A stretch of DNA of 64,000 nucleotides from Hemiscyllium ocellatum. Its lineage: Eukaryota. Positions 28,191-38,588 of this stretch are shown here, one piece after another. The position numbers and the translations under genes are program-made. The stretch covers positions 1,953,438-2,017,437 of the forward strand of contig NC_083427.1 of the NCBI RefSeq assembly GCF_020745735.1, read 5' to 3'. The notes beneath the pieces are model-generated. The model worked only from the letters and a program-made list of their open reading frames with translations. It was not told where the DNA came from and did not search any database. Each line of letters starts with the position of its first letter. Within the stretch, counting starts at the first letter, position 1.

Positions 28191-28739
28191 CAACCTGATT
28201 TTCTCAGTCTGCCAGAATATTGAAGTTGCACCATGACTATTGCAATTGTGCCATTCTTACATCCCTTTTGTACTTGCTGATTTATTTTTTGTCGCACACA
28301 CTATCACATTGTTGTTATTATCAGCAAGCCTCAATTTAGTGAGGTGGAATTGAAACATAATTAAATGTGAGAGAATTCTGTTCATTTAATTGGTCATGCC
28401 TAAGATTTGATTACATAATTGTGCTTCCGTATCTTTCTCAGAATTAAAACTAAATGATTCGACAACATTTAAATGAAACGTTCCTCTCCCATATTCGTAC
28501 CTTACCAGTTACAACTTCTGCACCAACAGGTATAGAACGATCTGGGAGAGGCCACGCTGGGAAATCATTTCACTTGATCACCACAGTGGAAAGAAAATAG
28601 AATGAATTTCGGCAACAGCGTATCAGTATTTCCATGTTCTGCTGAAGATAAATCATTTCCGCATATCCAGGGCAGAATCGGATCCAAAACCAAACTATTC
28701 CAGGTTTTAATTTTCCCTCATTGTGAGAGGTGTCGAGCA

Positions 28740-30090
28740 AGAATATGTTCTTGCATTTATACAGGGCCTTGATGAGGCCACACCTAGACACTCTGGGCAG
28801 TTTTGGTCATTCTTTGTTCTGAAGAAAGATGATATGGCTCTCGAAACAGCGTGGCGAAGATTTACCAGAATATTTCTGGAAATGGCATGAGTGACTTATG
28901 AGGAGAGATCGATTAGGTTCGGATTGCTTTCGCTGTAGTTCAGACGAATGATGGGATATCTCATGGAGACTTGTGAAATTCTAACAATGACTCGAGAGGT
29001 TTGATACAGGAAGTATGTTCCCGATGGTGGGTTCATCCAAACTCAGGGATCACACTATGAGTACTCGAGGTGGACCATTTAGGACAGAGATGAGGAGATA
29101 TTTCATTACCAAATAGTGGTGAGCCTACAGAATTCATTACGACAAGAAGTAGGTATAGAATCACAGAAACGTACAGCACAGAAACAGACACTCCAATGCA
29201 ACACATGCACGCCAATCAGGTATCCTAAATTAATCTACTCCCGTTTGCGAGCACTTGTCCCATACTCCTCCAATGTATTAGTATTTCATATACCCATACA
29301 GATGCTTTAAGTTTTAAGTGTACCAGCTTCCACCAGTTCCTCTGGGAAATCATTGCATTCACGCACCATCCTCTGAATGAAAAAAAAGCAGCCCCGAGGT
29401 CTCTTTTGAATCTTTCCCCTCTCAGCCTATCCCTATGCCCTCTAATTATGGACTCCCCACCACAGCGAACAGACCTTGTCGAGTTACCCTATCTATGCCC
29501 ATCTTGAATTGAAAAAAAAACCTCGATTAAGTCACCCCTTATCCATCAACACTACAGGAAAAAAAATCTTAGACTATTCAGACTCTCCTCTAGCTCAAAC
29601 CCTTCAAACCTGGCAACATCTTTGCAAATCCTTCCTGACACATTTCAAGTTTCATAGAATCATTCCCAGAGGAGAGACCAGAACTGCACACAATATTCCA
29701 AAAGTGACCTAACAAATATCTTGTACATCTGCAACATGATATCTCAATTGCTATTCCCAAGATATTTGATGGGAAGCATACCAATGCCTTCTTCATTATT
29801 TAACTGCGATACCACTTCCAAGGAACCACGAACCTGCGCTTCAAGGAATCTTTCTTCACCAACACTCTCCGGGGCCTTGCCATGAAGACCATGAATTCTG
29901 CTCTTATTTCCCTTTCTAAAATGCAGCAATCGACATTTATCTAAATTAAACTGAATCTGCCATCACTTGACCCATTCGCCAATTTGAACAACATCCCGAT
30001 GTACTCTGAAGTAATTTTCTTTGCCACCCACTACCGCTCCAAAACTTGTGTCATCTGCAAACTTCCTAAGCTTGACCACGATGTTTACAT
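28740..30090. mobile_element. Tail-to-tail CR1 fragments (+ about 28740-29150; - about 29150-30090)
   Basis: LYRALMRPHL-like and PFRTEMRR-like remnants on +. Antisense tail and KFADDT remnant on - (ORF 29963-30259). Confidence 0.65.
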
Positions 30091-31044
30091 CCACTTTTTT
30101 TCCAATAAATGTCAAAACGTATTGGGGCCAAAACCAATCATTGTTGCGCATCACTGGGTCCCAGGCCTCCAGCCTGAAAAGCAATACTCCACACCAACAG
30201 AAAACATTGAATATATTCAAGATGGTGCTAGATATAACACATAGGGCAAATGGGATCAAAGCTTATGGGGAGAAATCATGATTAGGCTTTTGAATTGATC
30301 CTGATTTATGGTTGACCAGGCTCGAAGGGCCGAATTGCTCCTTCCTGTTCTGATTGTGTTTCTGATTCGTGTTTCCTGCAGTTGCCTTCCAGTATTATTC
30401 AATTTTTGAACATTATGTTCATGTAGTCTCGTTCACCCGAAAGTATTATTCAACTTATCCTGCAACAGCAGGTTGTGAAACGTGGTTGATTTTTAGAATT
30501 GACTATAATACATCAGTTTATCTGAATCTGGACAAATGTCCATTTCTTTCCACAGTGACGAATATCTGTAACAAGCAGAAATCTGATGCCCAATCCTGGT
30601 GAATCCGTCTCAGTTCTTAAACTTTGTCGCAGGCTTCTCAGCAGTATCGACTTGTCAACACTATACTTCCAAACGAACCTCACACTTTCCAGTTTCGACG
30701 GATGAAAATAAAACTGTGCCAAGTGTCTCACAGGCTATGAAATCTCTTGTATCCGTCTGCCATCTAATAATCCACAAACACTACTGTCCCCAGAGATATA
30801 AATCCAAATTTCTAGACTTTGATGTAGAATGGCCAGGAAGCCTCCATAAAAGCAGGGAGTTGCAAACCTTCCAAATGTAGTTTGTGCGCAATTTGCCCAA
30901 ATGAATCCTCTTTGCTAAATACGATGGAACTCCTCTGAGCACAGTTGGAACTGGGTGACCTTTCAAAATTATTATCTGAAAAGTGTGTAAGGACATTCCT
31001 GACAGTATATAAACATTCAATACATACTCTACCAAACTATTCAT

Positions 31045-31257
31045 TTATACCCTTGAGTTTAGAAGACTGGGAGGGGATCTGATTGAGACATATAAGATTA
31101 TTAAAGGATTGGACACTCTGGAGGAAGGAAACATGTTTCCGCTGATGGGTGAGTGCCGAACCAGAGGACACAACTTAAAAATACGGGGTCGACCATTTAG
31201 GACAGAGATGAGGAGAAACGTCTTCACCCAGTGAGTGGTGGCTGTGTGGAATGCCTC
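31045..31257 (+). mobile_element. Well-preserved internal CR1 RT fragment
   Basis: Reads LYTLEFRRLGGDLIETYKIIKGLDTLEEGNMFPLMGECRTRGHNLKIRGRPFRTEMRRNVFTQ*VVAVWN, with CpGs retained. Confidence 0.8.
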
Positions 31258-32729
31258 ACACAGTAAACATCTTCAACTCCTGCTCCACTTGTTTATGCTG
31301 AAAACAGCATGCGATAATGCTGAAAATGTTGCATTAAAAACGGAGAATTGGAATACACTGGAAATGCTCAGCAACGTCAGTCATGACTGAGTAGAGCAGA
31401 ACAAAGTTCAGACTTCACGCCATGTATTTTAATCGGAACCCTTCTAATGAAACTTCCCGATATGAAACTACAATCTTGGGAAAAGAGTTTACAGCGTCAC
31501 AACTTTGTCGACGAGGGTGTGCCTTCAGTCCGTCCGACAAAGAGTTTCCATTTACACGTGTATGCCGGCTCGTGTTTTCAGATTCTACAACCTCTCGAAG
31601 CTTTCTTTCTCAATCGAAAAGCTTTCCATTCATAAAACAAATGTGTATTATGTGGCTAAATAGTTCTTTGAACAAAGAAAACGTAATTTCACGTATTCCT
31701 CATATTGATATTTCCACATGTCAGTCAATATTCTAAAGAATCATTGGTGCAATCTTTGAAATCACAGCACGCAAGTTCTTTGTTGCAGTCGACGGCTGAA
31801 CTCTGATATTGTTTTGGGATTTATTAATTGCACCATTTTGTACTGATTTACCAAACACAAACTGAATTTCGTTTGACTCTTTGTCGAGTCGTGCCAAGAT
31901 CAAACGTTATGCTCAAAAAGAAACCTTTCTCAATGGAACATATCACTTTTACCAATTCAAAGCATATCGAACCTTCTTTTGATAAACAACTGACAAAACG
32001 TTTTGCTATTGATAGTGACTTCCGTCTGCTTCTTCTAAACAGAATCACACCAATGTATCAATATCTCTTTGATATTCTAAATTGCTTGCCATAATTTGTA
32101 GTTGATTTAAACATTCGCATTGCAGCCGCACCATCTCGAGGATTGCACCCAGATGGTGAGATCAACGTGACCGAAGTTTTATCCAGAAGCAAATAGTTTG
32201 TGAAGCCTCTATCCACTTATAAACAGTCTCAATATCGTCTCTTATTTTGTTGTTTTATTTTTCACGGTACCAAAAGCTTCAATCGACTTCATTCACCGGT
32301 TTGGAATTTTGCATTCTGAAAAATCTGAACTTATTTTCACTGCTATTTAACAGTTAAAGACATTCTGTTTACAATAAACATTTCATGCGAGATTTTCAAG
32401 GAACGAGAGCCGTCAAATAAATCAGATTGTATGATTCTAGTGAGCATAACATGCATATAAGTGTTTGCGTGGCTCCTCGGTTGTCAGAGTTGGCCATGTA
32501 TGGGTTTCAATGTTAATTATTTAAGTGTGCCCCTTTGTTCACAAGTTCGCTGCCTGAACATGAGAGATGTTCCCAGGTATGAAATTAAATGGCACCAAGT
32601 TAAACACAAGGAAATTAAGCACATGCTGCTAATTGTTCCACTCTGAATTGATGCAATTTTTCCTTTTGTGATGACGGTTAGTCTGCACAAGGCTCAGCCC
32701 ACCACAATGCGTGAGTTAGAATCAACGTG

Positions 32730-32784
32730 ATTGGTTTCTTGCTCCACATGATGCAAATAAGCACAGTCTCCAGTGGTTTATAAG
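32730..32784 (+). promoter_or_regulatory. Candidate IgNAR V promoter: inverted CCAAT, E-box, octamer, TATA-like box
   Basis: ATTGG 32730-32734, CACATG 32745-32750, perfect ATGCAAAT 32751-32758 and TATAA 32779-32783. The leader ATG is at 32878. Confidence 0.65.
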
Positions 32785-32877
32785 GTCGGTTCTCTGACAC
32801 ACACTGTTGCACTGAACAGGTGGCATTGAACTCCGGCGTTGACTGTGCATAAGGTTCTATCTGTCGGTGCAGAAACA

Positions 32878-32920
32878 ATGAATATTTTCTTGTTTTCGTA
32901 CCTTCTAGCTTGGTTACCAA
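32878..32920 (+). CDS. IgNAR: IgNAR leader exon (MNIFLFSYLLAWLP, phase 1)
   Basis: Matches the MNIFLLS.LLA.LP NAR signal peptide. GTAAGT donor at 32921, 126-bp intron, CAG acceptor ending at 33046. Confidence 0.93.
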
Positions 32921-33046
32921 GTAAGTACTGTTTCTTATAGATGTTATTCGCAAAAAGACCTTGTTTATATTATTGAACTGTCCTTGTCTGAAACATTGCT
33001 GATGAGAGATAAATTTCATGGATTAAATTTATTTTTCTCCACCCAG

Positions 33047-33321
33047 ATGTCGTTACTGCATGGTTTGAACAAACACCGAGAATGATAACGAAGGAGACAG
33101 GCGAATCACTGACCATCAAATGCGTCTGGAAAGGTTCTAGCTGTGCATTTAATAGCAGGAAATGGTATCTGACAAAATTGGGTGCAACAGAGGAGAAGAG
33201 CATATCAATTAGTGGACGATATTCCGAAACAGTGAATGAAGGATCAAAGTCCTTTTCTTTGCGAATTCGTGACCTGAGAGTTGACGACAGTGGTGCATAT
33301 AGCTGTGGAGCAAATGTTGAT
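33047..33321 (+). CDS. IgNAR: IgNAR V exon (leader end NVVT + type II VNAR)
   Basis: Mature sequence [88 protein letters not shown]. It has C22, W36 and C83, the CDR2 deletion typical of VNAR, and a non-canonical C29. Confidence 0.96.
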
Positions 33322-33359
33322 CACAGTAACAAACCTGATCTTCCACCAAGACAAAAACA
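33322..33359 (+). other. V 3' recombination signal (22-bp spacer)
   Basis: CACAGTA 33322-33328, 22 nt, ACAAAAACA 33351-33359. Confidence 0.93.
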
Positions 33360-33559
33360 CCTGCAGATTTTCTGTGAAGTAAATTGGCCTTGTTTCATCA
33401 TATCAACGCTCAACCTGCACTTTGTGGCCACTATTTATGATCCGGATTAACAGGAGGCAGGTTCTAAATGATTGTTAACAAAATTAAGCAGGGAAGTTCA
33501 GAGAAGGTGCACTTGGATATTCAGTACTGTTCTTGAACCTACAGTAACGTGCAAGCATT

Positions 33560-33640
33560 CATTTTTGAACTGGGATGTATCACTGTGACAACTGTGAAGA
33601 CCACAGCAATCAAGAACTCGATCACTGCAATACAAAAACT
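33560..33640 (+). other. IgNAR: IgNAR D1 (ACAACTGTGAAGAC, 33588-33601) with 12-RSS and 23-RSS
   Basis: CATTTTTGA-12-CACTGTG | D | CACAGCA-23-ACAAAAACT. Frames TTVK, QL* and NCED. Confidence 0.9.
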
Positions 33641-33829
33641 ACCAGCACACATTATTACCAGCACCACAAACACTTTGATTTATTTGTTATCAGGATGGCC
33701 AGCTATTCTGGAACTTGCCAGACCATCACAATTGGCTTTCTGAAACAGATATGAGAAGGTGTACATTTGTAGGAATCACATTTTCAGTTTGTGTAACTAC
33801 TTGAGGTTGTTGTATGAATAACAATGCGA

Positions 33830-33907
33830 TGTTTTTGCACGGCTGTGTGTGACTGTGTGACTGTGCTGCCACAATGACTAATCCGTGATTCCCATAATAC
33901 AAAAACG
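33830..33907 (+). other. IgNAR: IgNAR D2 (TGACTGTGCTGC, 33858-33869) with 12-RSS and 22-RSS
   Basis: TGTTTTTGC-12-GACTGTG | D | CACAATG-22-ACAAAAACG. Frames *LCC, DCA and TVL. Confidence 0.9.
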
Positions 33908-34234
33908 TCCTGCCAAATCTGGATGTCCTGCTTTTGAAAATTATTTTCTGCATGCTTACGTACCTCAAGCTGAAATTTTTCTTGCAACTTTTATGGCTTG
34001 ACAACTGCTATAGAAAGATTTTCATATTCCTTTAACTGATTATTACATGAATTTTCAAATCACATTCACTGCACAATATTGGTAAGTATTCCGCATTTGA
34101 TGAGTCGTTGAGAATTATAACCTTTGTCTGGGAATACAATATAAAGGGGGAGATTTCCGTCATATTGCTGCATCAATCAATCACTCAATATCCATGAACA
34201 TCGGAAGGATCTTCGGTTACTTTTGCAAGAATGG

Positions 34235-34302
34235 ATTTCTTGTGCTGGTGTGAAACAATGTGTAGCTGTGATTGCACAGTGACACAAGACACAGCACAAA
34301 CC
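34235..34302 (+). other. IgNAR: IgNAR D3 (TAGCTGTGATTG, 34263-34274) with 12-RSS on both sides
   Basis: ATTTCTTGT-12-CAATGTG | D | CACAGTG-12-GCACAAACC. Frames *L*L, SCD and AVI. Confidence 0.88.
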
Positions 34303-34617
34303 TGTCGGCCAGTTTTTCCCTTTTCTACGTCTCATGGACATGATTTCATAATGAGCTTTTCGTAATGCATGTTGCTTTATGTAGTTAACATCAAATACAA
34401 TTCGTCCAGTTCTGGAATTCTATGCACGTTGCGCATTGATTAGAGCTCAGCATGCCGACGTTTGCAATGTCACCCAAACTCTCTTTGGAGATAGCGGATG
34501 TAGGAGTAAATTTAAACTGTTGGCAAATGAAGATTTGTTCATGCAGTGAATATATATGGAATAAAGTGGACAGGATATGTTTTGGTTTATTGATTATTGG
34601 ACTTTTGCTTCGCTGAC

Positions 34618-34656
34618 GCTTTTTGAATGGCGTTGAATGGGAGCTGACGGATTGTG
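34618..34656 (-). other. J 5' recombination signal (23-bp spacer)
   Basis: GCTTTTTGA 34618-34626, 23 nt, GATTGTG 34650-34656 (reverse complement CACAATC). Confidence 0.85.
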
Positions 34657-34701
34657 GCTGCTACCATTCAGGAGATGGCACCTTTCTGACAGTGAAACCT
34701 A
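34657..34701 (+). CDS. IgNAR: IgNAR J segment (CYHSGDGTFLTVKP)
   Basis: GxGT.LTV motif, preceded by an RSS and followed by a GTAAGT donor at 34702 (phase 1). Confidence 0.93.
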
Positions 34702-36482
34702 GTAAGTGACCCTTTTCTACTTATCGCTATAATTTTGCAGACGAGTTAAAAGAATGATTTTTTTCTGGTTAGAACTGCACAGGCTGAACTGCACAATTGA
34801 GAATCAGAACATTTTCTCTTCAACAAATCTTTTATGTGTCTTCCATTTCAAACTCATCTGCAGACTTGGTTTGAGCAAATTTACATTAATATAAAAATAT
34901 AAAGGTGTAATGTAGCTGGCAACTAGCCAATATTTAAATATCTATCTTGCTTGGCATAGAAAACATAAGATGTTTATTTGTGTAGATCTTAAATCATAAT
35001 CTAAAGACAGGAATATGGCCACGACATGAGGCTGTACTAATACATGCATGTGTGCGCAAGTATGCAAAACTTTGAATCCAAACAATTTCCGTAAGTCTGG
35101 ATTGAGGAAATCTTTTTGTTCACATTATTGTTTTTGATTGTGTACAAAATTAATATGTTTCAAAAAACCAGACGTATCATGTAAAATAATTTCGATTACA
35201 TTAACATTGTCACAACATCAGCAAATATGCCGTCCATTTTTGAAACTGGAACAATACTAGCTTGCTGAACGTAGACTTGATAAGAATAGTTGATTGGAGC
35301 TGTGCTCCAGTTGCGCAATAATAGTGAATAGCTTGTGCACTGCTTTCACCAGCGCCCCATTTCAGACCACCATAACAGAGTAATTTCGCTGTAATTCAGC
35401 ATGAAACCAGATCACCTGAAATCCGCTCTCACAAATCCCTGTCCATCTGCGGGTCGAATATTTGAGAACTTTGCAGCCACTATAGGTTTAGTGTAAACTT
35501 TTAGTTTGAGTTAAACTGGAAATCATGTATCCCATTTGTTCGATTTTTATTGTTTGATTGGGAGAGTAGAATAATTTACTCTTTGACTTACTGATTACAC
35601 TCATTGCTGTTCGATTCAATCCTTTTAAGCACATAATCTTATCTAATTAGAATTTTCTGTCTTGATTTCATGGATCCACAGGAATTAGAATTCATACTAA
35701 ACAAAGCATGTTCGATGAATTAATATGTGTGCGGCTACATTGTTGTTGGAATGCAGCAACCTTGTTGTGTTTTGGGTAGATAGGTGGCGATGCGTGCAGA
35801 TGGTCTGAGGGGAACCCCATAAATGTGGTTCGTAATTGAAAAAGAATTTAAAAAGCGTCAGAACTCAGGCTTCAATTGACGAAGGGGCAGCAAGTATGTG
35901 ATTTTTTAAAAAAAAACATGTTCGACTGCAACCTGGATTCGTATGAATTCAGACCTTGCTCGCAGTTCAACAATGTCACCACCAAATCCATGAAAAGTCT
36001 GGATTTTCCGCATTATCAAACCCGCTACAGAAAACATTCACTCAACTAAACAACTACTTCTGCTTTTTCGACATTCGTAGACTAATGTGAAAACTCGCAT
36101 ACACACAAAAAATGATTTTAGTGCAGTTAGAGGGTGCGTGGAATAGTTTGTCCGACTGAAGGCAATGTTACTTGTAATTGAAATGTAGCAATATCGGGAC
36201 TGGTTTGGTACATTCCCAGAGTATAGTTCTATTATAGCCTGTGATTTGCCCCTAAAACACTATCATATGTGTCAAACAAAATTGTTAAAATTTGATCCAA
36301 AATCAAATCTGAATGGCATGATCTACACAAATAACTGCTCTGCACCTTCCCATAAGGGATAGTATGCAGTCAATTTTGCAGGACAACAAACCAGCTGGGA
36401 AGACTAAAAAATGACGTTAACGTGAAGAATAACGTTCAATATAAAACGTAGAACCTTAGAAAATAGAAGTTGCAGAAAGTCA

Positions 36483-36800
36483 GACGGTTCTAGTGGCTCA
36501 GTGTCTTGCATTGCTGCCTCGTAGCACCAGTGGCCTAGGTTTGACTTCAGCCTCGGGCGACTGTCTGTGTGTAGTTAACACATTCTCCCCGTCTCTGAGT
36601 GGGAATTCTCCAGGTTCTCCGGTTTTCCCCCAGTTCAAAGATGTGCAAGTCAGGTGAATTGACCACGCTAAATTGCCCATAACGTTAGGTGCACGAGTCA
36701 GAGCGAAATGGTTCTGTGTGGGTTTCTCGTCAAAGGGTTTCTGTGGATTGGTTGGGCCGAAGGGCATGTTTCCACACGGTTAGGAATCTAATCTAATCTA
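36483..36800 (+). mobile_element. HE1-type SINE, older copy in the J-C1 intron
   Basis: tRNA-like head, CAAAGATGTGC..GTCAGGTGAATTG core and (TCTAA)n tail, homologous to 481-765. Confidence 0.8.
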
Positions 36801-38440
36801 AACTGCTCCAACGCCCATTTTGATGAGTCAGCTCAATTTTTCTACCTCTTTTCTACCACGTTATTTCATTCCTTTTGGCCCATGAACGTTTTTGAATTGG
36901 TCTCGAAAACTAACTGTATTGGCCTCACCAGTTTTCTCTTACAGAAAATCCCATAGGTTCACTTCTCTCTTGGTGAAGGAATTCCTCGTTATCTTATTAG
37001 AATTTTGTATCTGTTCATGAGGGTTCCCTCATTTGTCGCTCGCCAGTTAATATGGTCCAACTGAATTTGCTCTGTCCAAACAGTTCAGTCCTGCCCACCC
37101 AAGAAATATTCTTATATCAAGTACGGTCAGATAAGTGCTGTGTCTGAAGGGATATAAGAGACGCATATGATTCTGAGAGAAAAAAATGATTTGGAGTTTC
37201 ATGTATTTCATCTTCAAGGCAGAAGAATAAATTGTAGGTAGGAAACTTCCTTGAAGGGCAGAGGAAAGGCTGTTGTGAGATAATCATTTGGCTTCAGGTA
37301 ACTCATTCCTGCCTGAACCTCTCCCAAAACAATTGTTTCCATGACTGCTTGAACAACCATTGAACTGATTTTAATTTTGTATGTATGTTACTTTATTTCA
37401 TGCAGTCAATAGTTCTTTTGAAAATTTCATGGCATACTGAAATGATTCAAATTGAGCTTCAAATGTATTTCACTGAAATATCTGACAGCGATTTTCAGAG
37501 TACATTTGACGTTTGTTTTCTCTCAGTTAAAACAATGAATAAGACAATGGTATACTCGCTGTGCCAGCTGCGTTTACACGGAAAACATATATTTAATATT
37601 CGAAATTGCCCAGCAACTTGAATCTAATACCGACATTATTAGTAATCTTCCAGATAATTGCTCTCATTGTTTCCAACTTGTTATTTCATCACCACCTCTG
37701 TCGTTATTTAATTAGCTCTGCCATTTTTATCATTGTCGTCAAATAGTACTCACTGTAATGCATCAATTTCTCTCTGAAGTTTCCAATATTTCATTGAAAC
37801 TCCTCTGCTTTCCAACAACGCAGAGAATACTGCTTATATTATAAATATTGCATGTCTAAAGAATGTCTGTTGATTTGATTTAAAATAAGACCTCTAGGAT
37901 GTCGGCATTACCAGCTGTGGCAGCATTTATTTTCACACCAGCAAATTTAGGATATAAATGCACTCTTCGCTATAAAATATGGCATGAACTTTGCTGCATT
38001 CTTCAGAATAATTTAGAAATTTTATTGCAGTTCTTGGCAAATTAGACCAAGCCGTTCCTCCAACCCGACATGCATTATCATAAAATTCGTGACAATGTCC
38101 TGCTGCTCCATAGGACTGATTAACAGTGTTTCCTCGGACGTCTCAAATATTACTGAGAAATTGTACACTGACGTCTACTGATTTTTAGCATTTGTTATGA
38201 CATGATAATGTAATATCCACATATATATGCAGCATTCCAGTAAAAAATTCAGCCAGGAGGTTGGAAAATCATTCCTCAAAAGATAATCGGTTCAATCCAT
38301 GGAGTTGTCAGGTAACCCGTTTCTGAACATCCTCTGATGCAATTACATCTCCTGTGGATGAGATGAACAAAATGACACAGTACATTCTTGGGGTAAGCTT
38401 GCATGTATCTGGTTTATCAAAAAAAAGACTCCTGTAGATT

Positions 38441-38588
38441 GTGTTGAGAGTGTGATGATGGAAAAGCACAGCGAGTCAGGCAGCATCCGACGATTCTACT
38501 GCTTCTCGGATGCAGCCTGACTTGCTGTGCTTTTCCAGCACCACACTGTCGACTCTGATTTCCAGCAGCTGCACTCCCCTCTTTCTCT
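38441..38588 (+). mobile_element. Palindromic mini-element (family A) with centre deleted and a probable TSD
   Basis: GGAAAAGCACAGCGAGTCAGGCAGCATCCGA is inverted against TCGGATGCAGCCTGACTTGCTGTGCTTTTCC. Flanks are TCCTGTAGATT (38430-38440) and TTCTGTACATT (38589-38599). Confidence 0.75.

Noticed and set aside
33047-34701. Germline-joined or somatically rearranged VDJ; type I or type III VNAR
   Set aside because: All segments are separate with intact RSS. There is no FR2/FR4 Cys (type I). Position 31 is Phe rather than Trp and the Ds are not fused (type III).
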